From Phoronis australis (lineage: Eukaryota > Animalia > Phoronida): DNA of 64,000 nucleotides. The position numbers and the translations under genes are program-made. Where the stretch lies: the NCBI GenBank assembly GCA_002633005.1, contig NMRA01000249.1, forward strand, positions 437,680 through 501,679. Reading direction: 5' to 3'. This document shows positions 39,961 to 53,172 of this stretch, one piece after another. Under the pieces are notes generated by a model. That model worked only from the letters and a program-made list of their open reading frames with translations. It did not search any database and was not told where the DNA came from. The first letter of the stretch is position 1. The number at the start of each line of letters is the position of its first letter.

Positions 39961-40022
39961 GTTTAGAACCTACGCCACGTTATGTACCAACTACTTTGCA
40001 AGAAGTAGAAGTTCATCGCTGA
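39961..40022 (+). CDS. Gene 2 probable terminal exon: GLEPTPRYVPTTLQEVEVHR*
   Basis: Strong acceptor tttcttattttcatag|39961, phase 1; stop at 40020-40022; AATAAA at 40268. Confidence 0.5.
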
Positions 40023-40237
40023 CCATAGGCAATTTTTACAAAACTGGCGAGTTCCTCAGTCATTTACTGCCTTTACACGTCGTGAAATAGAAACCATACA
40101 AGTATATCAGCATTGTATTATTTTGTAAACTAAAGTCTACTCAAATTGAACGCTTGCATCTTCCTGGTATTCAGTTCTTGAGTGGACTATAATGAAATAA
40201 CTTATTGCATGGTGACAGCGATCAGGACATTTGTGTT

Positions 40238-40300
40238 TGCGTCTGTCAACCTGCTGTTAAGAAGTTTAATAAACTTCTCAACAGCAGGTTGACAGACGCA
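40238..40300. repeat. Near-perfect 30-bp-arm palindrome/hairpin
   Basis: tgcgtctgtcaacctgctgttaagaagttt-aat-aaacttctcaacagcaggttgacagacgca, with one mismatch. Confidence 0.9.
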
Positions 40301-43300
40301 TGTTTTCATGACCACGTGCATGTACTGCGCAGCATAGATAACATCTAATTTCAACGCCTTTGTCATTAGCGAAGTGGCTCTAATTCGATAATTATAGAAA
40401 GGTCTGGGAGGAGATTAATTGAGCTCGCCTTCAAGAATTGAAATCCTGTCATTCGTTTATTCAAATTTTACTTGATTTAAAATTACAATACTTTCTACCT
40501 TGCGCAAGTTACTGGTAATTCAACTTGATTTGAACCTAGTAAATAAGAACCGCTCGACTATGGCACGAAATTAAACGTGACCACGGCAACGACCGTGAAC
40601 TTACTCTTTGACCATGTTTTCGAAAAAAGAAAAGGTGCCTCTTTCTTTTTAAGCAGATTACCACATGAGAAATCAAGGACTCCATAGTCAACAAAGAACA
40701 CGTTTCTGTGCTCCCTTGATGGCTTGCGATTTGAAATGTCTCGCAACTCTTCATTTTTGCAAGGTTTACGACAGCGAGAAGAAACAGTAACATTAGTCAA
40801 GTGGCATGTGTTCCGCTAGGAAAAACCCAGTGGGAACTGTTGTGTGCCCCCAAGATGAGTTTCCAATTTAAGTAAACTTACAGCAACCTCCTCTCAGCTG
40901 CAGACATGCGTTCTAAGAAGCAGCGGTAATATATAACGAACTGCACATGTACATGTATCTGGAAGCAGATTTTCTCAGGACCGCTTACACAAAAGCTATT
41001 GTTTCTTGGATAAAAGCTCTTCCTCAGTCTCTTTGTAATTGTTACAGGGTACAGAAGTGGGGATGCACGAAGTAGGTCGTTCAAGAATTCCATCGTGCTG
41101 TGCGCCACGCTCCTCTCTATAATACATGCTGTACTACAACAGTCTTCGCTGTGTACTTTTGGTGCATAGGATTCTTCTTGAAGCAGAGCGCTGTCTGCGG
41201 ACAAGTCACGTGTGCGAACAACGGACGCTTATACTAAGTCTTCCTTTGCCCATGAGCTCAAAGATCATTGCTCGTGTTCTCTTATAAACTACGTTCAATT
41301 CACGACCTCAATTGATATACTCTCCAACTGTCTGGTGTTACTACCATAACCTTGTGACTATTTTTTTATTCAAATTTACAAAATCAACAATACTGGCGAT
41401 GCATTCAGGTCTAACAAATAGCACTGCCTGGTACTTTGTGCCCCTCAAGACACCATGGTTAGAGTTATTCATTAATCGGTGACCACTGGAAAATACAGAT
41501 AAACAGGAGCTCGATCATGAACTGAGTGACTACATGTACATATACATATACCCGACCGGTGAATACTGAACTGAATAAGGGAGATATGCTGGAACCCAGA
41601 GAAAAATACGCGTGGTAACATTTCAAATAGGCCGATACGTACATGTAGACCAATAGTGGTCCAAACAACCCAAATTGTAACATGACATTAAGAGACAATG
41701 AACAATCTATTTCATCTTATCCAAAATGTAAGGTTTTATTGTTAATTGAACTACCAGAAACTGAAAGGACGGAAATTTCGCAGTAAGACAGTGAAGGCCA
41801 CTATTTTTGATTAACACACAAACAATATTAACCAAAAGATTGTTTTTGTTAAAATGAAAAATACCGTATATATTGAATCTCGTGTGTTCCTATCCTTTCT
41901 TGCCCATTTTGATCGTGTGGTTGACCTAATACGTCCATTTTGAATCCGTATACCTTTTATTGCATGCTGGATCCATTTCTCCCCATGAATCTATTTTCAT
42001 TGATTGGATCGGTCTGGATCAATAAGTTTCGTTTCAAAAATAACTTGTATTTCAGAAATGTGGATTAGAACGCCTACATGAATTCCGTTTTGATCAACTA
42101 CGATAGAGTGCATAAAAGGTATCGGGCTGTCTTAGCCCATTATGTCAATTTCGAACCATTATGTCGACATTCACCGGTTAACTATTTTAATCCATCAGTC
42201 TCTCGTGTATAATTGATTGCATAAATATAGAGTAAAACTCTTTGGGCAATTATGCTGGAGTGCAAATAAATGAATTGTAGGGTCCCAACCTCCCACCTGT
42301 AAGTAATCAGAGGGTTTTTCTTTCGTTGATTAAATGAAAAAGCTGACTGGAGCAACAGTTGGAAATCACGACAAACAATGTCACGGGTTTTTGATGTAGA
42401 TGCAGTACAGCACATACGCTAGCAAGATGAGCCGAAGAAACTTTGGCTTGGTTATTTTAATTTTGATCATTCGTTCAAAAATAAATTTATAAAGTTGCCT
42501 TGTTTCTATGAAACTATTGTTGTCTCGTGTTTTTCCTGATTTAACTATCAGTAGCGTTCATATTAACACCTCTATTTTAAGAACAAACAGGAATTAACTT
42601 GGCCAATTTTTTTGTTTTCTACAGGAAAGCCTGAATGTCTTGTTGAATCATTACAGAAGTATCTCTTAAAAATTTGCACGAAGTGGAAGTTCCTCTTCCA
42701 ATACAGCTTTGTAGGTGAATAAGTGAAATTCACTCATTGTGGTACCGCAATGCACCATTTGAGCAAATCTGTTGGCAATGAGCAAAGTCCCCAAAGCTTC
42801 CAATCATTCACGGCAATACACCAATCACTGCCTGTAGACTGCTGCTGTTCACGTCCTGGACCCCCAGTTCAATGGCAGACACAGTATGACCGCTACTGGA
42901 CATGAAAGTGAAGAATAGTTAAAAACCTTGACGTGTTTTACGAATGACCTCGCACAGAAAAGAGAAATAGCGAGAAATCTTTGTTTAGATATGCATCGAT
43001 GTACAGTGTACATGTACGTTCTCGGAGTCAACATGAGTGCGTGCAGCTATGTGTTTCACCATCAACATGTATTTACTTATTTATTTTATTAATGAAATAT
43101 TTGCAATGAGGCTAGCCACATCAGTTCACACTTCTTTCCATGTGGCCCCTCGGGACAATGTCCGTGTTTTTCCCATAACTCCAGCTATAGATTCTTGGGT
43201 GGGAATTACGATTTGGAAAAATTCGCAACGTAATAACCTGCAGAATAATTGAAATGCGTTTTGCATGTGTCCTTTTACTTTTTGCATATAATGTTTACGG

Positions 43301-44331
43301 CTCGTCATCTCAAGGTGCTTTACTTACCTATCATTGTTCGCGGGTTTCTCATTTACATTTTTTCTAAATAAATCGACAGATTTATGGACGCTTGTGTCGA
43401 CAAATATAATATAATCCTCAAAGAATTAGAGGTTTAGATTCGGGAAATTCTATTCAAGACGCCGACATCAAAGGAAACTCTGGTAGCTTCAAGTTTGAAG
43501 TTGGTGTTTCGGCAATTGTTGACGTATGTTGAGGACAGTCCTGTTATTCAATATGGCGACTGGTGGGGGTGGCTGCAAAAATGGCAACTACCGCTGGGAA
43601 TAAATTCATGGTTGTTACAAGATTTAGAAATTGTGAACGTCCAGGTGGGGTACCAAACGGATTTTGACCAGTGGCCTCAGTCATTTTACCCTTCTATTTT
43701 ACGTTTTGTTATGTTAGGCATGTTTAAACAATCACCATTCTTGTATATCGATTATCTACAATGGTGTTTCGAGCGGATACCACTGTACCTTACTGAGACT
43801 TTGCTCTTCTGGAAGAAGAGTTCAAGAATTCGAGATGAGTACGCGGAAGCACCTGCGTGCAGGAATGTTAGGAAGTGAAGTAAAGCCAGCAAAGTTGCCA
43901 TGGCGCTCTGTGGGGACACGACATTGCAGTGATCCAGCAAATACATGTAAATGAACAAAACTACGCTTAGTGGTCAGTTTTAAATCCTCGATATCACACA
44001 TGTAGGTAAAAAATTATGCATAGAACGTGATGATCGCATATCCATACATGTATATTAGGCCTGCTTCTCAAATTCTTAACGGATTCCATAGCGCCTTTCG
44101 GAGGTACGTGTCTGTTATTTTTGAGGGTGCAGTAGGACCTTTTACAAGTTCCTTATTTAAAAAATCAAAAGAGGTTTCACGCCATTCCTGAATGGAGTTA
44201 ATACACGTAGGCTGCCTGCGTATCAGCAAGGTGTGCCCTGTTCACCGCGCCGCCTTAAGAATTCAAGTGGTGATAATCAAGTGTTGATATACATTGTATG
44301 GTAATATATCTGACTCTAAATGGGCCTGAAG

Positions 44332-44364
44332 TGAGAGAGTTAGAGAGAGAGAGAGAAAGAGAGA
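44332..44364 (+). repeat. (GA)n microsatellite, imperfect
   Basis: gagagagttagagagagagagagaaagagagag. Confidence 0.8.
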
Positions 44365-47300
44365 GCTTTATCATAGTGAAGCATGTCTGATCACGATTCC
44401 AAGGTAAGGTTTTCCGGCTCGGCTTTTCGTATAGCTTTAACACATGTATACAGTGAATTGAACCAGTGAATTTTTATTGAATAATGTATCTCATTTCTTC
44501 TTAACATTTAAGCATAAGCCTTATAATTGCATTTAAAGTGGTAATTTTCATACACGTGGAACTAGCTTTGAGAAATTGGGAAAACATTTTCTTGTAGGTA
44601 ATTATAAGTCATAGATTTATTAGATTCCACCAATTCCAAAGACTGTGACATTTAATGATTAAAATTTAAACATTATATTCTTAAATTAATTCAAGGGTCG
44701 TGACTTTTTTCTGCCACGCTCATTAAGGTGTATTGGTGTTATATTGAAAGCGTACGTTTTGTAGAGAAAACACTGCCGTGCAATAATTGGCGGAACGGCT
44801 ATTTTTGATTGAATTTGTTCTTAATACGTTAAAATCTAGCAATTAAATCTTGCACTAAAACTTGTTTTGATCCACTCAGTATTGTTTGTTTAGGCTATCG
44901 GCGCAACTGACCGAGTTCGTGCGAAGCCGAGCCACGGAGAGTAAACATCCTAGTCAAAATGTCACCCTTGATAAATTACATGCAGATAGTATGCTGCAAA
45001 CAGGTTACCGTTCGGGGCAAACAGAAATAACCATAATCCTTGATTTTTTGTTTTCGTGTTTTGGTTAACACGTTGGTACACGTCTTGAGTATTGTTCGTG
45101 CCATTTGATTTACAATACTTGGATGTCAATTCTTTGCAGTTGTTATGATTGTGTTGGTCAAAATAGCTTAGAGAACGCCCAATTCGGTTTTGATGATGTC
45201 AATCAAAACTGTTTTTGCTTGCAACTGTACTATTTCAACTTCACACTCTGTCACAAACTGACTTCGTAGTTTGGGTCCTTACCTTTCCCACCAATCGTCG
45301 ATTAATTCTCCACAGGTTTTACTCACGCTTTAACTTTTAGTACTTACATGTACTATGGAGTTTTTAAGGTTGTCAGGAACTCTCAAAAATGACCAAATTT
45401 TTGGGAAGTCATATTTTAAAACTGGTGGACCGTACTCATACGAAAGTTTCAGTTACGGAAAGCTTTTATAATTCTTCACGTTTACATGGAGCTATTAAAA
45501 GACTTTTATGATATTTAGGAAAATACCAAAAAGTTGCATAAAACGAATAAGGTGAAATGATAATTTAGAGAACTATAACAGTCTGTTTGAGATTTCGTCT
45601 TGAAGATTGCTATTGAACAAAATTTTGTCACATTACTGGCTCCGTTTTTCTCTGTGAATGTACCTGTCTTTTTGCTAAATTTTAATAAAAAGGCATAGTC
45701 ACGTAACCCATATAATAGTAATCAAAATTAACTTTTAGAAAATGTATACTTTCACTGAGTTAAACATTGCTGTTTTGTAGATATCGGACTAAGTACACCG
45801 TCAAGTTGATATAGTCCGATGTGACATTACACTCGTGTTAAGCTTTGGAAGGTTGACGAGAGTTTAAGCGTATTAGTTTGATTGATAGATTGCCTATTCG
45901 TAGTTTTAAGGCTAAACCAGAGCTTCGTACTGTTGATGAAAATTAAAATTTCGACCGAAAAGAAATCTGCAAGCAGTTTCGTGCAAATCTACCTTGACTG
46001 TTGAATGCGTGTTCTTTACTTAGTAGGTTATAGATTAGTTTTCAAATTCCGATTTGCCATGAATTTTTGTTGACGTACTATGAGATGGGAAAGCTTACAA
46101 CAGAGTCGTCCCGGATTACACAGCGTTACTCGATTCTCTCTGTATTTACCCACAATGCCGTAAACATCCGTCGGACACATTTGCAGCCTCGTTTTTGTGC
46201 CTCTGGAGTTTCACTTGTTATTTGTTGTTGTCTTCTTCTGTAGAAGTTTGTCTCGGTTGCATTACTCTATACGTCCTTCCCACACCAACGAAGTATTACT
46301 ATTTCGCTGTGGGCTGCAACTCCAACGTGACAAAGTTCGATAAATTGGACAAATATCCGTAAATGTGTGATCTGAAATTTTTTGCCTCTCTGAAGTCAAT
46401 GAGCCACACAAAAAACTGCCCGATTTCCAAAACGAAGTCAAGCTCTTTCTAATATCTGGGATAAAGGAGAGTTCTATTGCCGTGTAATCCGGGACGGCCC
46501 TATTGTTTTCACCTCTCGGCTGGGAGGTACTCTCAAAACCTAATCCTTTCGTGCATATCCTTGAAACCATTGAGGGAGGTGATTTTTTTCTTTTTTTTTT
46601 GAAGTTAGTAAAAGTCCATTAAGAGGGACATAGTACAACATAATATACAATACTGTCAAAATGAGTACACCTAAAATTATGTATATAATTAAAATACAGC
46701 TGTGTACAGTTGTAGCTGCAAAAATGAACCTTTTGAAGACTTTCTAACTCCTAAGTTGAACTCTTTGATAATAGGGGCTGTGAATTAAGAAAAACAAAGG
46801 GGATACTTATCCCTCATCTAAGTTTGTTGCTGCTACTGTGCCGGCATTCTCTTTCACCAATTCGTCCGTGCTTTACGTTCGTATTTTGCGCTAGGTATGA
46901 AGTGTTCAGAAGGTAAAATCTCGAGTGCAAAGTATATGAGTGCAAAAGATCAAAAAATATCGAAGACAGGAGGTTAATTTGTTTGTTTGCTGTCCTATCC
47001 ATCCCAGGCATTTGAAAATAATCCGTTTTAGTATTTATTGAGAGGCCAAAATGTATTTTTAGCATTTTGTCTCACAATATTTTTATTTGTTGAAATCAAC
47101 GCGCTTTTTAATATGTAGGCCGATTTTTTGCCTACTCTTAGCAGTGCGTTCGGATGATATCTAACATTGCAAAAAGCGTAGGTTGAAAACTGTTTTCAGG
47201 GGGTAATGTAGTAGAATTTCTAAACGCTGGTGGTAAATCACACATTCTATATTCAAGACATTTGAATAACAAACCATTTTCAACACAAGTGATTGTCGTT

Positions 47301-47628
47301 TAAAGGCTGGTGGTCTCGGGGACTGATACTTAAATCTAACGATGTCTTGCTCCGTAAAATTTCAAGCTAAAAATACGAGCGTAAAAGTGCAAGAGTGCAA
47401 CTTTTTCGCAGCTCACATTATCTATAAACCAATATCTCACTGGATATAACAATCAGGATCATAAAAACGGGCGAAGTCTCGGTCGTAATCACAGGCGAAC
47501 GATTACTAACACTTGTAAAACACAAGCGAAGTACTTGCGAGCGAAACTTTCACCCGAACAGCCCAAGATAGAGTTTTATGACACCTTCGTTTGTATCATT
47601 TTCAGTCCACTTTTGAAGTGTGTGTAAA

Positions 47629-47643
47629 ATGGACAGTATGGAT
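47629..47643 (+). CDS. SLC6 transporter candidate first coding mini-exon MDSMD (exon 47606-47643)
   Basis: Acceptor tcattttcag|47606, aaaATG at 47629 and donor 47643|gtgagc in phase 0. It joins the phase-0 exon at 55504 to give [14 protein letters not shown]. Confidence 0.55.
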
Positions 47644-48535
47644 GTGAGCGCTTAGTATATAATTAAGTGGCAGAGAGTAACTTCCCTGCCGTTCAGTCAA
47701 TTACATGGTCGTGCTATTAGCACCATCCATGAGACATCATAAACTACACGTACGTGTATATGGTACAAGCAACAAATTACCTAACACCATCGCTAGAATT
47801 GTTTATGGCACATTTACACTGAACATTTGAGGTAAAGACCTTGCAGATAATCAACTGTACATGTACATGTATGTATGGTAGGGAGTCACCGTAGTTTCAG
47901 TGGACAATCACCGACTTTGTTTGCTCCATGATCATAGCTTCTATAACATACAGTTTGCATTAGAAATCCTATTTCTGTAAGTTAACTGCAGTAAGACAGG
48001 CATGAAGAAAACGATTTAGTGAGCAAAGCCTTCCCTCATAGTGACATTTTCTGCAATTGTGCCCAATAAATTGGCAAGAAGGTATTGCTTTTACTGCGTC
48101 GTCCTGTAACATTGTGACTTCTTCCACTGGAAAGGGAATTTAGCCGGATAGGGTGCCCCGTGGTAAGCAATTATGTCTTTGCGGGTCACCCCGTATACCT
48201 TTTCTAAGGAGTACGTTGCGCCTAAAACTACATGCATATCAGTGTTCGAACTTTGGAGAGATAAACAGGTACTTCAATACACTTCAGTAGTGCACCTTAG
48301 GAAGGAACGAGTTTACAACGTCACGGATTTATTAAAATATTGCTAATTCAAGGATACTTGTACTTTAGTCCCGGTGACAAAATGTTGAGGATTTTTATAA
48401 CACAAACAAGTATCAGAATCGATCTGATTACTGGTGAGATGAATTTGATCGAAGTTCACATTGTATCATCAGCTTTTAAAATGCCGATAAAGTTCATAAA
48501 CTTCACTATTGGGGACAAATAAAACAACAAGATTA

Positions 48536-48541
48536 ATATAT

Positions 48542-48576
<35 letters not shown>

Positions 48577-48585
48577 TATATATAT
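48536..48585 (+). repeat. (TA)n/(TACATA)n microsatellite
   Basis: atatatatatacatatacatatacatatacatatacatatatatatatat. Confidence 0.9.
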
Positions 48586-51500
48586 TTGGTTGCATTGGGA
48601 ATTTCAGGGTCACAGCTCTACAAATGAAGAAGGAACCAGACGGGTTCCTTAATTACAAGAGATAACACCCACATTTACTATACCCAATGTGTAATTGAGT
48701 ATCGGATAGTAAGTGGCACAGGTTAGCATAGTACCGAATGGGTACATGATACCAAATGGGTATTGGCCGATTGCCAACCAAGTGGGTAGAGCAAAACGGT
48801 AAATTCAATAACAAGTACCAAATAAGTACAAACTGCCAAATGAGCAAATATCATATAAAGTACCAAGTGGGTACACCAAACAGCAAACTGGGCTATAACA
48901 ACCTGCAAAGCAGGTTTCGGACAAGCTGAGTGAGCAGACCAGCCGGAATGATAAAAAGGCATTGTAAGGAACGGGGTGTTGTGGCTCAGTATGTGCTGAG
49001 AGCTGGGACCGGGGTGGACAGAGGCAAGCTGCAGTGATGGACGCTCGAGAAAAGGTCTGGGCGCTAGCCAATGACGTCTTTTCTTGCTTGACAGCAACAC
49101 GCTCCGGGCTTGAAGGAGATACATGTACCAGCAGTGACTGCAATAACATTAATAACCAACACCAGATATTGTTCGACAAAAGGTAGGGAGGGTGGGAAAG
49201 GTATAAATCAGTTGAATTGAGATTTTGTGGAACCCAGGCTAGGGAGGGTGGGAGAGGTATCAAATTGTCAAATTGGGAAAACTTACGAGTGAATGTACTG
49301 TTGCTTGAGGCTGGGCCAACAGGAAGTTGGAGAGAAAGAACAAACAGCGCTACCATCGGACTAGGTAGGAACTAACTAGGATTTGGATGAAGAGTTGTAG
49401 AATGTTATTTGCCCAAATAATAGGATTTATCTCAGAGTGCCATAAATCTCGTTATTACACGTAAATTGTTCGCCAAGAAAAACGAACTTGAAGGACACTG
49501 GCGGAGCGACATTTTGCAAACTCAATTGAAATTGTGGTAATGCGACAAAGGCAACTACTCTATAAACGAGAGCTCTCACGACACAAAGATGTAGATGACA
49601 AGGGACGTCGTTGGTCAAGACATCACCGGTGACATTGTCGACGACACTGACAATGCCACTACTGAAAAACACTGTCCATTACTGATGACAACGCATACTC
49701 ACGCACAAGAATGACGAAGCCGCACTACGACGTCGCTGATATGGAAGTACTTTCGTGTCAAACCGGCATGAATGAAAACAACTTAGCCAAGGACGGTCAC
49801 TGTGAAGATGTCAAAATCATCATTATCATTATCATCATGAAGTTAATGGAACATGGCCGCCGACACTTTCAATATTACGCGCAGTGTCACCAGCAACATG
49901 CACAGGTTAAAGCGGCATTAGTGACTTAAATGAATTCTTGATTTTGCCAGCAAGTACGGGTTTAATGCTACTTAAAGTGCTATAAATGATCACGGTTAAC
50001 TTGTTGACTTCAAAAAAACATTAACAAGTGATAATAGTTGCGTTCACAATTACAGGTTGAGTAAATTGATTTTGTGTTGACAAGCTTATATTTACATCAA
50101 GACAAAATTATAGAGCATAAACATTTACCAACTCCACACTGTGTATTTTATTCTTTTGAGGTCGCAATTCAGTCTAATTAGATGCTGCTGTCCTTGTGAA
50201 TGTGTAACAGTTCAACTGAAGGCAGCCGACTGACCGTCCATTTGTTTCTCAGAGGAGTTTCCAGTATCTTCCAGACTTATTAATATATTTAGAAATTTTG
50301 AAAAAAAAATTAAATACACAATTAAACATAAGCGTTTTATTTTTCAAATTTGTCAACGACGCACATTCGTTCTTACGTATATGGTAACTACCTCTGTTCT
50401 TGCCCATTACGTCCATTTTGACCCATTACGTCAATGAGTGATTTTCGAAATAGCCGCACCCTAGTGAAACCCACTTACTCGCCAGACGGCGATAAGGTTA
50501 GAGTTTAGTAGTTGTCTCGCGGCTAGAAAAATTTAGCCAGAATCACGTGTTCTCGATTAAAATACACGGCAATATCTCACGTATTCTTGCGAAGTCTTGT
50601 TTTTTAGCAATGTCCAAGCGTAGGTCCTACCGATACTGAACTCTTCCCTCGTCTTCGGTAAACAAGCGTTCAGCGCCACCTACATGTCTAGTATGCCGGC
50701 AAACTTCCACTGCTGTGTGTTGGGATGCATCAATGCCTTATAGCAAACAGGCAAACCTTTTGGAATATCGATTGATGAACAAGAACATCATGTTGCCTAC
50801 AAATCCAGTGACTACGGCGGATGAAGCGAGACTGAGAAATTCCAACCCAGCCAGTGTCGAAAATTAAAATAAATTGGTGATCTTAAAAAATGAGAGGGGT
50901 TGACAGTGGTATTTACTTCCCCTGCTTTTAAAGTAACGAACTACTATGTACAGTACTAATTTAATTTCTGTCCACCAAATCTTAGTAGAGACCTAACGGA
51001 AATCAATTTTGTGTTTTTATTACTCTGGAGATTGTCAACATGAAAAGTCTCTTAATTTGACCTATTATGTCCATTCTGGATCATTGTGTCCAGTTTGACC
51101 CATTACAGTATGTCCGCTTTGCTTGTTAGGCCCATGTTTGGTCTTTAAATCACTTTTCATTAATTAAGTCAGTTAGACCCATTAGCTTATTGTTACAAGT
51201 AATTTATATTTTGTCATTGTTAACTTGCAAAGATGCTCAGCTGAAAGTAACACACCAGTCGTGCGAGTAAGTCGCAACATATTTGTTTCTACACGACTTG
51301 GCCGATTCTCGAATTGAAAGTAGACGGTTCAGTTTTACATTGTTTGGGGCAATTACATTTTTTCTAAATGCAGTGTAAAATATCAACGAACTGTGTTCCT
51401 CAACAATTAAAAATTTATTTATCACATTTTTTTTTTCATTTTTACAAAAATCCGACCTTAAGCCCATCGTGAAGGAAAAGCGTGCTGTTTGTGGCTTTCG

Positions 51501-53172
51501 ATGTCGGCTAAAACTGATTTCGGTCTATATTTCGATCGTAGAAATTTCATGTAATGTGGTTAAGGCAGATTTGTCCTAAGTTAGTCCGCGGTGTCCAAAA
51601 ACTTAATTTTGAATTTGATTGGATTGCATTCCTGTCGCAGTAGAATAATCCGTGACCTCTTATCGCTGTTTACTGTTGATACGGCATAGCGATGTTTCTA
51701 GGAGGATAATCTTCACTGTAGGCCTAGTTCCTTAATGATAACGCGAAGTGAATCTAGCCTAATTCAGGGAAAATATTTGGCAAGAAAAAAATGGTTTATC
51801 AAGATAAAATTGTTTAATTGCCTTACTTCATAACTTGATATGCACCTAAATGTTTTCACCCAAACACTTGCCGTAGAAGCACTGGTAAATCTCAAAATAG
51901 TCACAATTTCGACTTGCAATTACTATCTGCTTTTACAGAGTTCTCTGCAGACGTGGGGTACAGATGTTGGACAAGTTGTAAGTAAACTTAAAAATTTCTG
52001 TTTTTTCTTAATTCTGTGTGGCTTGCACGCGATGTCGGTAATTTTGTTTTTCTCAATATTAGAAAATGTTAAAACCGGCATGCTACACACACATGAAATG
52101 GCTGTGATTACGTATGGACATATGGACTTCAACATTTTAACGATTAACTTATTGTTGCCCAATTTTATTTGCATTCTTCGACTGGAAAAGATGGAGATTT
52201 ATACGCAAAAAAGCCAGTAACATAAAATATACATGTCTGGTCGATTGCGGTATAATGGATCAATTCCATTGACATCAAACTGTGTAATGTTTCTATCACA
52301 TGTACACCTACAAGTAAAAGCGCCTATACCCTGACGTCCATGGTTGGCTAAGGTCTACCTACATGTACATTAAGTCCGATTAATTACTTGCATAATTCCA
52401 GAATGACAGTGATAATTCTATAGCCAATCATAAATCAGGAATAACGGCATTAATTAATTATTTTTAAGGTTACAGAAGACTTGTGACAGCAGTGAACGTC
52501 CGTCACTGTAATAAATACACCCAATCAGCAGCAAGAAATTAATAATGGCAGAAATATATTTGTATTGCTTTTATAACTATATACGGCTGTCATTATACCT
52601 GGGTTCTGATTGCCTGATTCACCACTGCCATATGTAATGATTACTGTTATAATTAATTACCAGCTTTATTATTGCTTGCTTCTGACGTGCTTGGCCAACG
52701 ATAGACGTACCTGTCTCGCAAGAGACAAACTCGCGCTTTCCAGCAGTGCCTCGTTGTCAAACAACAACCGTGTGATTGCCGAACGCCTATCATACGTTCA
52801 ATAATGTACAATTGCAGGTCTCTAGGGACGTAAATATTATCTGGGAGTATAAGCTAGTTTGACTGACTTCCTCCAAAATATTGCTGATCGCGGGTCCAAA
52901 TTTCAAATTCCTACCTCTCTCCACGAACAGTTCTCCCGCAGTCGTCACCAAGTTTTATCTAACTTCAAGGAATCACTAATTCCTTGGAGGGTTTTCCGAA
53001 CGTCTAGACTGTTTCTAAATTCACTGAAGCATGAGCAATGACTTAAAAGGTTAGCTTTTAAGTGTAAAAACCGTGAATGAGTCAGTCGATATTCACTGAT
53101 GCATCATGAACGTGTAAATTAGAAACTGCGCACTCTTACAACCGTGACACTTTAGGCTCTCACACTTCTTAA

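Noticed and set aside
42626-42723. Further exon of gene 2 (GKPECLVESLQKYLLKIC...)
   Set aside because: The acceptor is good, but there is no homology, paralogue support or motif, and a nearer terminal exon with a poly(A) signal exists.
40330-43950. Scattered ORFs (40878-41204, 43495-43878) as genes or transposon proteins
   Set aside because: No recognisable domain, consistent splice structure or terminal repeats.
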